64,000 nucleotides of DNA, from contig CANQHQ010000002.1 in the NCBI GenBank assembly GCA_947623825.1, forward strand, positions 10,124-74,123, written 5' to 3'. The notes beneath the pieces were generated by a model. The model was not told the origin of the DNA. It did no database searches and saw only the letters and a list, made by a program, of their open reading frames with translations. Of this stretch, positions 1 through 8,975 are shown one piece after another. Each line of letters opens with the position of its first letter. Positions within the stretch are counted from its first letter, which is position 1. The translations under genes were made by a program, and so were the position numbers. This DNA comes from an uncultured Bacilli bacterium (GTDB lineage: Bacteria; Bacillota_I; Bacilli_A; RF39; UBA660).

Positions 1-2
1 GA

Positions 3-275
3 CCTGGTGCGAGAAATGATTCTTTAGAGAACTATATCAAACGGTTAGAACAGTTAGAGTCTATTGGAAATGATATTCCAGGAGTAGACAAGACATTTGC
101 TGTTCAGGCTGGACGAGAATTACGTGTGATTGTCAAACCGGAAGAGGTAGATGATTTAACTTCTCATAAGATTGCTCGTGATATTAAAGAACAAATCGAA
201 TCGACGATGCAGTATCCTGGAACTATTAAAGTTACGGTCATTCGGGAAACAAGGGCACAAGAAGAAGCAAAATAG
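3..275 (+). CDS. rny: Ribonuclease Y, C-terminal fragment. The 5' end lies outside the window.
   Basis: Frame 3 translates to ...[34 protein letters not shown] with TAG at 273-275. This tail is typical of RNase Y C-termini. Confidence 0.75.
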   Translation, partial: PGARNDSLENYIKRLEQLESIGNDIPGVDKTFAVQAGRELRVIVKPEEVDDLTSHKIARDIKEQIESTMQYPGTIKVTVIRETRAQEEAK

Positions 276-296
276 AGGTTGCTTCTTTTTTTTGTT
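262..296 (+). terminator. Rho-independent terminator after rny.
   Basis: Stem AGAAGCAA / TTGCTTCT with an 8-nt loop, followed by a T8 tract (286-293). Confidence 0.5.
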
Positions 297-324
297 GACT
301 TTTTGAGAGAAGTTCATATATACT
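295..324 (+). promoter_or_regulatory. Sigma-A type promoter of the first surface-protein gene: TTGACT, 18-nt spacer, TATACT.
   Basis: TTGACT at 295-300, an 18-nt spacer, then TATACT at 319-324. The same hexamers and spacing recur upstream of the paralog at 13205-13234. Confidence 0.5.
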
Positions 325-435
325 GTAGGCATAGGATAGGAACCGTAAATGCAATTTTTATAAATAGAATACGTGTTTCTTTTTCTTTTTTGGTAAAAAA
401 TAAGGTGCCCTTGTTTTTTAGATGGAGGAAAATTT

Positions 436-3400
436 ATGAACCGTTTTTTTTTAAAGATTCATAAGAATTTGAAATTTGTATCTCTTGGGTTACTAGGCTT
501 TTTTATGATTTGTATGGGGCTTTTGATAAACTCATATGCTTTAAGTGAACCAGTACCCAAGATTTCTTTTTCTTCAAAAACGTTAAGTTATGAAGAGAAG
601 GAACCAGGAAGTTGGCAGGTGGAAAAGAGTGCCGAATGGATTGGATTAGGAAAAGCCAGAATTACTTTTCAAGTCGATACGGTTTTGAAGAAAAAAAATC
701 CGAATACGGATGTTATTCTAGTTCTTGATGTTTCAGCGTCTATGTCAGGAAATAAATTGAATCGAGTGAAAGAAGATTCTATTGATTTAATAGATTCGTT
801 ACTCTCGGATCCTAACAATCATGCCGCATTGATTAGTTTTGATACGGATTCGAAATTGATATCGGATTTTACTAATGATAAAGATGGTTTAATAGAAAAA
901 GTTCGTCTTCTTTCTGAAGAAGGTAATACGAATTATTATCAACCTCTTGTAGATGCGGATGAAATCTTAAAAAAGTATCAAAAGAAAGAGGATACGGATT
1001 GTGTTCTCCTATTCTTGACTGATGGGTATCCTAATGTTGATGTTCCAAATCAAATCGGAGAATATTACTATTTGAAGACAGCTTACCCATGGTTAAATAT
1101 TCATGGAATTCAGTATGAAATGGGAAAAGAAATATTGGATCCAATTAAAGCAATTAGTGACAAACAATTCATTGCGGATATGATTACATTGAGAAATGCT
1201 TTAGTTGATGCCTCTGTTGTGCCGACTCTTTATGATAATTTTATATTAACGGATTGGATTAATAATGACTATTTTGATTTAAAAGATGTTTTGAATATTC
1301 AACCTTCTTTTGGAACAGTAAAATTAGAAGATGATAATGGAGTACCCAAAGTCACATGGGATTTGAGTGGTTTAGGATCAGGTCAGAAGGTTACTTTAAC
1401 GATAGATGTTGAATTAAAGGACAATTCTTATACGGGAAGTGAAATTAATCCAACGAATAAGAAGAGTAACGTCGTTTCTCAAATAGAAGAGGATGAAGAA
1501 GATACTACGGTAACCAACAGTCCAAGCTTAAAAACACATTATAAAGTAATTTATGATGGAAACGTACCAGATGGATGCCGTGTGGATAAGGTACCTGAAG
1601 TAAAAGAGTATGCTGTATATGAGACAGTTGGAAAACATGATGATGTTTTAACTTGTGAGGGATATCAATTCAAAGGTTGGAGAATTGCTACGGACGGGGT
1701 AGGAATTATTAATGATGATTATTTCAAAATGCCAGAGAAAGATGTGACGATTAAGGCAGAATGGGGAAAAATGGGTCTATCAAAAACTATGGATGGGACT
1801 GTTTATAGAGAAATTAGACCGATAATACAAAAAATAGGTGTTGATGGTTATGAAGGTGAGTTGTGGCAATATAAAGAATCTATTACAAAGATAGTAATCG
1901 AAGGAGAGCAAACAACGAAAGATGGTTCTACGGATGAACTTACCTGGGATATTTCGGAAGCCAAAGATGGTTCTGTTCGTGGATTATTGATACCGAATCC
2001 AGAAGACCCTTCTACTTATACTGCTTACATTCAAGGATTAGGTGGAAAAGTAATTGCAAATCCGAATAGTTCTTATTTGTTTGGCGGTGGAGATGGATAT
2101 TCTAATTCATTTTTAAAACTAACCACAATTGAGGGATTAGAATTATTAAATACTTCCCAAGTAACCAATATGAGTCATATGTTTTATAGTTGCGAACCCT
2201 TAATTAGTGTTGGAAATCTAAATGGCTGGGACACTAGTAAAGTAGTAAATATGGACTTTATGTTTCAAGGTTGTCATTCTTTAATAGATTTAAATTTTAT
2301 TAGTGAATGGAATACAAGTCAAGTAACGAATATGAGTCAGATGTTTGATGGTTGTCGTGCTTTGACAAGTTTGGAAGCTATTAGAGAATGGGATACGAGT
2401 CAGGTTACCGATATGAGTTATATGTTTGCTTACTGTTATGCTTTAACAAGTTTGGAAGCTATCAGTGAATGGGACACAAGTCAAGTAACTAATATGAGTA
2501 ATATGTTTTATAGCTGTGATTCTATTGAAAGTCTCGAAGGTATTAGCAAATGGGACACAAGACAAGTATTAGATATGAGTGGTATGTTTATTAACTGTAG
2601 TTTTGAAAGTCTTGAAAGTATTAGCGGATGGGACACAGCTCGAGTAACCAATATGAGTTATATGTTTTCTGGCTGTAATTTTATTGAGAGTCTTGAAAGT
2701 ATCAGCGGATGGGATACAAGTCAAGTAACCAATATGCAGAATATGTTTGAAGAATGTGGTTCTCTAACGGATTTGGAAGGTATCAAGGGATGGAATATGA
2801 GTCATGTAACGAATATGAGTTATATGTTTTCAAAGTGCTATTCCTTATTTGATGTAGATTTGAGTAACTGGAATACTCTCAGTGCGGTAAATATGAGTTA
2901 CTTGTTTTCTAATTGTAATTTTTTAAGAAACTTAAATTTGAGTGGATTGAAAACCGGTCAAGTAACCGATATGCGTTCTATGTTTGAAGAATGTAAAGCT
3001 TTGACTAGTTTGGATTTAAGTAGCTGGGATACAAGTAAAGTAGCCAATATGCGTTATATGTTTTCTGGTTGTAACACATTAACTAATTTAGATTTAAATG
3101 GATGGGACACTGGTCGAGTAACCAATATGGAAAGGATGTTTTATAATTGTATCGCCTTAATTAGTTTGGATTTGAGTGGTTGGGATATCAGTTCGGTATC
3201 AGATTGGGACTTTATGTTTTCTGGAACTACTGGTGAGTTAATCGTAAATAATTGGAAAGTTGGTTTGAGTTTAAATGAAGTTTTTTATAGTTTTAAGGGT
3301 ACCGAAATCAAGGGATTAGATACTTGGGATACAAGTCAGGTAACTGATATGAGCCAGATGTTTCTATTTTGTGATTCCTTGACTAGTATAGAGGGTTTGA

Positions 3401-6342
3401 GCGGATGGAACACAGGTCAAGTAACCAGTATGAGTCAGATGTTTTCTAGCTGTAAATCCTTAACCAGTGTGGGAGATTTAAGTCAATGGGATACGAGTCA
3501 TGTAACCAACATGTGGGAAATGTTTTCTTATTGTAAATCTATCAAATCTTTATCCTTAAGTGGTTGGAAAACAGATCAAGTAACCAGTATGGGTGATATG
3601 TTTGATAATTGTTCATCCTTAATCAGTTTAGATTTAAGCGGTTGGGACACAAGTCATGTAACCGATATGAGTAGTATGTTTATCAGTTGTGGAGCCTTGA
3701 CGAGTTTAGAAGGTATTAGTGATTGGGATACACGCCAGGTGAATAACATGCGCTCTGTTTTTTACGGTTGCCAATCCTTAGTGAAGTTAGATTTAAGTAG
3801 TTGGGATACTAGTGAAGTAACCGCCATGAATGGGATGTTTTCTGGATGTACGTCTTTAGAAAGTATCGGAAATATCGAGAGTTGGGATGTGGGTCGAGTA
3901 ACTGATATGAGTTCCATGTTTTCTGAGTGTCATTTTCTTACTACAACAATTAGTATTTTGAATCCGTTGGTAACTTCTTATTCTAAGATGTTTTATAATG
4001 CAGCGACAACCAATGGTGCCCGAATTATTGTTATTTATTCTAGCGGTTCTCTTGATTTAGTAGAGGAAATGATTGCAACTAAAAATAATGAAAACTCGAA
4101 TGTAATGAAAGGAAACCAACAAGAATATCAAAGTCATTCTATAACAATCCAGGGTAGAAATGACATTGTTTCTTCACAATCATCTGCATTCCCATATGTT
4201 GAAATTAAGTTAACGTCGAATCAGGATCATAAATTGATAACTTCCTTTGAGATGAATGGAACTCCAATGGAAGGAAATACTTTCAAGATGCCGAATAAAG
4301 ATGTGATTATTACCAATGTAACGGTTGTGGATGGATGGGAATCAGAACATAATCCGTATGGTGATAATTTGAATGAGGTCTATGAAGCAACGTTTGAAGG
4401 AGCCGGAAGTTTGACTATTATGTTACACTATTCTACAGATGAAGATTATATCTATCTATATGATCGTACTGGCAAACAATATGGGGAATATGAAGGATGG
4501 ATGAATGCGGGAGACATTATCATTATTCCGGGAGATTACGTAAAACTTAATTTTGTTACCAATGGAAGTTTCAATGAACTTTACGGTTTTCAGGCTATTA
4601 TTACTCCTAATGCACCTCATTCTGTTGAATTAAAATCTCCACCATATGATATTGGTTTGAGTAACGATTCGCCTGTATTAGGGGATACAGTGGAGTTAGT
4701 GTCACCTTCAGAAAATTATGTGGTGACATCGTTTAAAATGAATGGTACTTTGGTAGAGGGAGACTCCTTTGTGATGCCAGACGAGGATGTAGAGATTTCC
4801 GATATTATAGCAGTGAAAGGAAAAATTCTTGAGTCAGAGCATTATCCATATGGTGGTAATTTGAATGAAATCTATGAAGCAACATTGGATGGTGCGGGAA
4901 GTTTGACCGTTACTTTAGATTATCAACTCTATGGTTATGGCGATATTTATGGTGATAGTATTTATTTATATGATAAGTTAGATAACAGATATGATATAGA
5001 TGGAATTCATGACGGAACAAGTAACAGAAAAACGACAACGATCGTTATTCCAGGAGATTATGTAAAATTAAATTTTGTTACAGATGACGATTACAATAGT
5101 TATTATGGCTTTAGGGCAATTGTGATTTATAATGAATCTCATCCTATCACGGTAGAATCTCCACCGTATGATATTGTTGCTAATCAAACCTCGACTGGAT
5201 TAGGAGATACAGTGAAGTTGGTATCGCCATCTGGAAAATATGCCGTAACGTCATTTCGAATGAATGGTACTTTGGTAGAGGGAAATTCCTTTATAATGCC
5301 AGACGAACCGGTAACAATTTCAGATATTGAGGCGTTTGAAGGTGCAATTTTTGAATCGGATCATAATCCGTATAAAAATAATCTCAATGAATCATATGTG
5401 AAAAAATTTGCGGGAGCTTCTTCCTTAACAGTCACTCTAGAATACCAGACGGAAACGGACTTTGACTGGGTTTACTTATATGATAAATCCGGAGTGGAAC
5501 TTGGTAAGTATGGAGGTTCGACAAGAACAACGGAAACCATAGTGATTCCAGGAAACTATGTTAAGATTGTTTTTTATACTGATTCCGCCACGAATGCATA
5601 CTATGGATTTAAAGCGGTTATAACGGTTAATGAACCTCATTCTGTTACCCTAGAATCTTCGGTGTATGATATTGTTGCGAATAAGGAACAGACCTCATTA
5701 AAGGACACAGTAACACTGGTGTCGTCCTCTGGAAATTATAGAGTTGTATCGTTTAAAATGAATGGAAAAGAGATACAAGGAAATACGTTTGAAATGCCGG
5801 ATGAAGAAGCTAAAATTACAGATATTGTCGTAGAAAGTAGACATTCGATTGTGGTTACGGGAAATGAGGATATTGAAGCACATCCAGACTCTGCTTTTGT
5901 AGGAGATACTGTGACGTTATCATCTGTTTCTGGAAATAATCTAGTAACTTCGTTTGACATGAATGGAAGTAAGGTGGAAGGAAATTCCTTTGTGATGCCG
6001 GATGGATCCGTATCCATTTCTAACATTGTGGTAGTACAAGGCTTTGCTTTTGAATCTAGTCATAACTCCTATGACAATAATCTAAACGAAGAGTACGAAA
6101 AGACCTTTGCGGGGGCTACTTCTTTGACTGTTACCTTGGAGTATCAAACCGAAGGTATCAATTGGGATTATATTTGTTTATATGACAGAGTTGGAACAGA
6201 GCTTGGAAAGTACGGAGGACATATGAAGAAAACAGAAACGATAGTGATTCCTGGTGAATATGTGAAGATTTTATTCCATACGGATTCTTCTATCAATGAA
6301 TACTATGGCTTCAAAGCAACTATCGTTCCTAATTATGGATAA
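436..6342 (+). CDS. Giant surface protein of 1968 aa. It has an N-terminal signal-anchor TM, a vWA domain (DVILVLDVSASMSG, a DxSxS MIDAS motif), about 20 WDTSQVTNMSxMFxxC repeats (DUF285/BspA-like LRR) and four C-terminal CUB-like repeats.
   Basis: Long uninterrupted ORF with RBS GGAGG at 425-429. The MIDAS motif, the DUF285 repeat periodicity and the CUB-like repeat pattern (LNExYE..F.GA.SLT..L.YQTE...YLYD..G...G.YG.....TIVIPG.YVKL.F.TD....YGFKA) are read directly from the translation. Confidence 0.9.
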   Translation: MNRFFLKIHKNLKFVSLGLLGFFMICMGLLINSYALSEPVPKISFSSKTLSYEEKEPGSWQVEKSAEWIGLGKARITFQVDTVLKKKNPNTDVILVLDVSASMSGNKLNRVKEDSIDLIDSLLSDPNNHAALISFDTDSKLISDFTNDKDGLIEKVRLLSEEGNTNYYQPLVDADEILKKYQKKEDTDCVLLFLTDGYPNVDVPNQIGEYYYLKTAYPWLNIHGIQYEMGKEILDPIKAISDKQFIADMITLRNALVDASVVPTLYDNFILTDWINNDYFDLKDVLNIQPSFGTVKLEDDNGVPKVTWDLSGLGSGQKVTLTIDVELKDNSYTGSEINPTNKKSNVVSQIEEDEEDTTVTNSPSLKTHYKVIYDGNVPDGCRVDKVPEVKEYAVYETVGKHDDVLTCEGYQFKGWRIATDGVGIINDDYFKMPEKDVTIKAEWGKMGLSKTMDGTVYREIRPIIQKIGVDGYEGELWQYKESITKIVIEGEQTTKDGSTDELTWDISEAKDGSVRGLLIPNPEDPSTYTAYIQGLGGKVIANPNSSYLFGGGDGYSNSFLKLTTIEGLELLNTSQVTNMSHMFYSCEPLISVGNLNGWDTSKVVNMDFMFQGCHSLIDLNFISEWNTSQVTNMSQMFDGCRALTSLEAIREWDTSQVTDMSYMFAYCYALTSLEAISEWDTSQVTNMSNMFYSCDSIESLEGISKWDTRQVLDMSGMFINCSFESLESISGWDTARVTNMSYMFSGCNFIESLESISGWDTSQVTNMQNMFEECGSLTDLEGIKGWNMSHVTNMSYMFSKCYSLFDVDLSNWNTLSAVNMSYLFSNCNFLRNLNLSGLKTGQVTDMRSMFEECKALTSLDLSSWDTSKVANMRYMFSGCNTLTNLDLNGWDTGRVTNMERMFYNCIALISLDLSGWDISSVSDWDFMFSGTTGELIVNNWKVGLSLNEVFYSFKGTEIKGLDTWDTSQVTDMSQMFLFCDSLTSIEGLSGWNTGQVTSMSQMFSSCKSLTSVGDLSQWDTSHVTNMWEMFSYCKSIKSLSLSGWKTDQVTSMGDMFDNCSSLISLDLSGWDTSHVTDMSSMFISCGALTSLEGISDWDTRQVNNMRSVFYGCQSLVKLDLSSWDTSEVTAMNGMFSGCTSLESIGNIESWDVGRVTDMSSMFSECHFLTTTISILNPLVTSYSKMFYNAATTNGARIIVIYSSGSLDLVEEMIATKNNENSNVMKGNQQEYQSHSITIQGRNDIVSSQSSAFPYVEIKLTSNQDHKLITSFEMNGTPMEGNTFKMPNKDVIITNVTVVDGWESEHNPYGDNLNEVYEATFEGAGSLTIMLHYSTDEDYIYLYDRTGKQYGEYEGWMNAGDIIIIPGDYVKLNFVTNGSFNELYGFQAIITPNAPHSVELKSPPYDIGLSNDSPVLGDTVELVSPSENYVVTSFKMNGTLVEGDSFVMPDEDVEISDIIAVKGKILESEHYPYGGNLNEIYEATLDGAGSLTVTLDYQLYGYGDIYGDSIYLYDKLDNRYDIDGIHDGTSNRKTTTIVIPGDYVKLNFVTDDDYNSYYGFRAIVIYNESHPITVESPPYDIVANQTSTGLGDTVKLVSPSGKYAVTSFRMNGTLVEGNSFIMPDEPVTISDIEAFEGAIFESDHNPYKNNLNESYVKKFAGASSLTVTLEYQTETDFDWVYLYDKSGVELGKYGGSTRTTETIVIPGNYVKIVFYTDSATNAYYGFKAVITVNEPHSVTLESSVYDIVANKEQTSLKDTVTLVSSSGNYRVVSFKMNGKEIQGNTFEMPDEEAKITDIVVESRHSIVVTGNEDIEAHPDSAFVGDTVTLSSVSGNNLVTSFDMNGSKVEGNSFVMPDGSVSISNIVVVQGFAFESSHNSYDNNLNEEYEKTFAGATSLTVTLEYQTEGINWDYICLYDRVGTELGKYGGHMKKTETIVIPGEYVKILFHTDSSINEYYGFKATIVPNYG
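2158..4020 (+). repeat. Array of coding repeats, each about 72-75 bp (24-25 aa), inside gene 436-6342. They are DUF285/BspA-like leucine-rich repeats.
   Basis: The motif W[DN]TSQVT[ND]MSxMFxxCxSLxSLEGIS recurs about 20 times with similar codons. Confidence 0.7.
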
Positions 6343-6421
6343 GTTATCTAAAAAAACTTGCATGAACACTTTTTAAACTGTATACTGAAAGAAAGTAAAT
6401 AGATTCTATGGAGGTGGAAGA

Positions 6422-7033
6422 ATGAAAAAAATTCCAAAGAAAAATTTAATTATTATCGCAAGTATTTGTTTTGTATGTTCTATTATATTGTTTATTTCAG
6501 CATCTTATTCTTATACGGATGGACAACTTCCTACACCGATTAGTGATGATGGAAATGTCACTTATGAATTATGTAAAAAAGATGGAACTTGTATGCCAGA
6601 AGGAAGAGTTTATGTTGGTAGAGAAGTAGGAAATATTCAAAATCATTTAGATTATACAGCCACTTATGATAGTGAAATTTCTTATGATTACGACTATTAT
6701 GTAAAAGGAAAAATTGTTTATAAAGATGGAAATGGAAATGTCGTTCATGAGGAAGAAGAAATGCTAAATGATAGTCAAAAAGTTACTGGAACTGGTACTT
6801 CTTTTCAAATTCAAAGCGAGGTTACGGTTACTTATTCTGATTATTATGAAAAGGCCAATAATTCTCTTTCCAGTCATGGAGGAGTTACGGCAGACTTAGA
6901 AATTTCCTTGGTTTTGAAAAAACTTGATATGGAAGAAGTGGTGGCGACCGTTCGTTATCCTTTGAAAGAGGATATGTTTACCGTTACGAAAGAAGTTGTT
7001 TCGAGAAGAGTTGGACAGGAAGAAAAGAAATAG
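6422..7033 (+). CDS. Membrane-anchored hypothetical protein of 203 aa, with an N-terminal TM and an extracellular domain.
   Basis: RBS GGAGGTGGAAG then ATG. Hydrophobic N-terminus (IIIASICFVCSIILFISA). No recognisable motif. Confidence 0.65.
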   Translation: MKKIPKKNLIIIASICFVCSIILFISASYSYTDGQLPTPISDDGNVTYELCKKDGTCMPEGRVYVGREVGNIQNHLDYTATYDSEISYDYDYYVKGKIVYKDGNGNVVHEEEEMLNDSQKVTGTGTSFQIQSEVTVTYSDYYEKANNSLSSHGGVTADLEISLVLKKLDMEEVVATVRYPLKEDMFTVTKEVVSRRVGQEEKK

Positions 7034-7066
7034 AAGAAGGAGGAGGAACTCCTTCTTTTCTTTGAA
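7034..7066 (+). terminator. Rho-independent terminator.
   Basis: Stem GAAGAAGGAG / CTCCTTCTTC followed by a T-rich run. Confidence 0.5.
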
Positions 7067-7092
7067 ATCCTACTTGTAACTTTTTCTTTATT

Positions 7093-8037
7093 TTGATATA
7101 TTTATATAGAATAGAAAGGATGATTTCTATGTTTAGTGAAGATCAAGTCTTAGAAAAAGTTTCCAATAAAAAACAAAAACAAATTTTAATCTTTATTATC
7201 GCAATCTGCATCTTTCTTATTGTTGTTTTATTGGTATCTATGTATTTTTATATGGATAATCAACCTTTGATTAGTTTTCCTACTTATCAGTTATCCACAG
7301 AAGAGTGGACAACGGATAATGTGATGATTGAAATTACGAATGATAGTAAGAATATTCAATCTTATTCTTTTGATGGAGGAAAAACTTGGCAAACGAATTC
7401 TACTTATGAAGTAACAGAAAATGGAGAATATGAAATTCAAGTTATGGATATAAAGAATAAGTTAAGTAAGAAGAATCTTGTTGTTGTATCGAATATTGAC
7501 CGTACTCCTCCTACGATGGTGTTTGAAAGTTCTACGACGATACAAATGGGTTCTAATTTTACTCCTTCTTATGGCGTACAAGTATCTGATAAAGAATCGG
7601 GCTTAAGTAATAATTATACAGCAGTTCCTAGTTCGATTGATACCAGTGTCGAAGGAGAATATAAAATTACTTATTCGGCATTCGATCGTGCGGGAAACTT
7701 TGTAGAAAAAGAAAGAACCATTATCGTAAAAGATATTAAAGGTAGAACGTATTATCGTTATCGTGAAGGAACGATTGAGTCTTACGAGTGTGAACCGTAT
7801 CTTTGTCGTTGTGTTTCTTCGAATCTTGCTTCTTCTACAGGAACTTGTCCTACTGGATATACTTTAAATGATGAAGGTCAATGTTGTAACACTTGTTATA
7901 AGACTTGTACGAAAACCAATTGGGGAGAATGGAGTAAGTGGGATCAAAAAAAGGTGACTGCTACTCCTACTCGTGAAGTAGAAAGTATTCTTGTTGAGGA
8001 TGGACAAGAATTAGAAGGGGTGACGGATCAACGATGA
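7093..8037 (+). CDS. Membrane-anchored protein with an Ig-like (DUF5011-like) domain and a C-terminal Cys-rich module that ends in a WGEWSKW tryptophan motif. The start may instead be at 7120 or 7129.
   Basis: TM helix ILIFIIAICIFLIVVLLVSMYF. Segment NIDRTPPTMVFESST..YGVQVSD..SG..NYTA.PSSIDTSVEGEYKITYSAFDRAGN resembles bacterial Ig-like/DUF5011 domains. There are 11 Cys in the last 90 aa. It is paralogous to the next gene. Confidence 0.7.
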   Translation: MIYLYRIERMISMFSEDQVLEKVSNKKQKQILIFIIAICIFLIVVLLVSMYFYMDNQPLISFPTYQLSTEEWTTDNVMIEITNDSKNIQSYSFDGGKTWQTNSTYEVTENGEYEIQVMDIKNKLSKKNLVVVSNIDRTPPTMVFESSTTIQMGSNFTPSYGVQVSDKESGLSNNYTAVPSSIDTSVEGEYKITYSAFDRAGNFVEKERTIIVKDIKGRTYYRYREGTIESYECEPYLCRCVSSNLASSTGTCPTGYTLNDEGQCCNTCYKTCTKTNWGEWSKWDQKKVTATPTREVESILVEDGQELEGVTDQR

Positions 8038-8933
8038 AACAGAAAGTAACGTATCAGGGCCCTATTGATCAATATGGTCGCCCTCTAGAGAATAGGGGAA
8101 ACAAGAATGGCTTGGGAGAGAATCAGAGATTAGGAACCATGATCTTCACTGCTTTGGGTATCGCTCTTATTCTTATTGTAATTGGTTTATTTGTTTATAA
8201 TTATATTTCTCAGAATCGTTTGGAGATTCCAACGGCTTCTCTTTCTACGACAGAATGGACCAATGAGTCAGTGACAGTCACTGTAGATCAAAGTCGTGGA
8301 AAAGGAAACGAATATTCTTTTGATGATGGAAAAACTTGGCAAACGCAAAATACGTTTGTGGTAGATGAAAATCAAGAATTGGTGTTACGAGTACGTAATT
8401 CCAAAGGAAAAGTAAGTAAGCCAGCGACGGTTATTGTTTCAAATATTGATAAAGAGGATCCAGAACTTTATTTTATTTCTCCTTATTATATACAGGTAGG
8501 TTCTACCTTTGATGGAAAATTGAATGTTTCTGCAGATGATTTAGGTTCTGGTATTGAAACCTATACGATTGATACTTCTCGTTTGGATATGAATGTCCCA
8601 GGTACGTATGAAGTTTCTTATCTTCTTACGGATTTGGTTGGTAATACAACAAAGAAGGTCCGTACGGTTGTCGTTCATGAGGGTGAAAAGAATTATTTTT
8701 ATCGTTCTCGTTCTGTAGAATTTGGAGAATCCGATTGTCCTTATGAATGTGAATGTGTTCCTCCTACAGATGGGCTTTGTCCCGCAGGAAAACACGTTTC
8801 AGAAGATAAGACGCAATGTTGTGAAACTTGTACGGAAAAGTGTGAACAATTTACATATGGAAATTGGTCAGAATGGAGTAGTGTACGAATGATTCCATCT
8901 AGTCAATTAGAAGTAGAAATGCGTATGGAATAG
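8034..8933 (+). CDS. Paralog of the preceding gene: TM anchor, Ig-like (DUF5011-like) domain and a Cys-rich C-terminal module with a GNWSEWS motif.
   Basis: ATG overlaps the upstream stop (ATGA). Shares FDDGKTWQT, a VSNID..PP motif and the CP..C.C...C......CC.TC..C cysteine pattern with 7093-8037. Confidence 0.7.
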   Translation: MKQKVTYQGPIDQYGRPLENRGNKNGLGENQRLGTMIFTALGIALILIVIGLFVYNYISQNRLEIPTASLSTTEWTNESVTVTVDQSRGKGNEYSFDDGKTWQTQNTFVVDENQELVLRVRNSKGKVSKPATVIVSNIDKEDPELYFISPYYIQVGSTFDGKLNVSADDLGSGIETYTIDTSRLDMNVPGTYEVSYLLTDLVGNTTKKVRTVVVHEGEKNYFYRSRSVEFGESDCPYECECVPPTDGLCPAGKHVSEDKTQCCETCTEKCEQFTYGNWSEWSSVRMIPSSQLEVEMRME

Positions 8934-8975
8934 GGGTAATCCCTTTTTCTTTTTTTTGGTAGAAAGGAGGATTCT

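Noticed and set aside
279-464. 61-aa ORF in the promoter and leader region of the first surface-protein gene.
   Set aside because: It overlaps the terminator, the promoter hexamers and the conserved leader. It has no RBS and AT-biased low-complexity translation. It is most likely non-coding.
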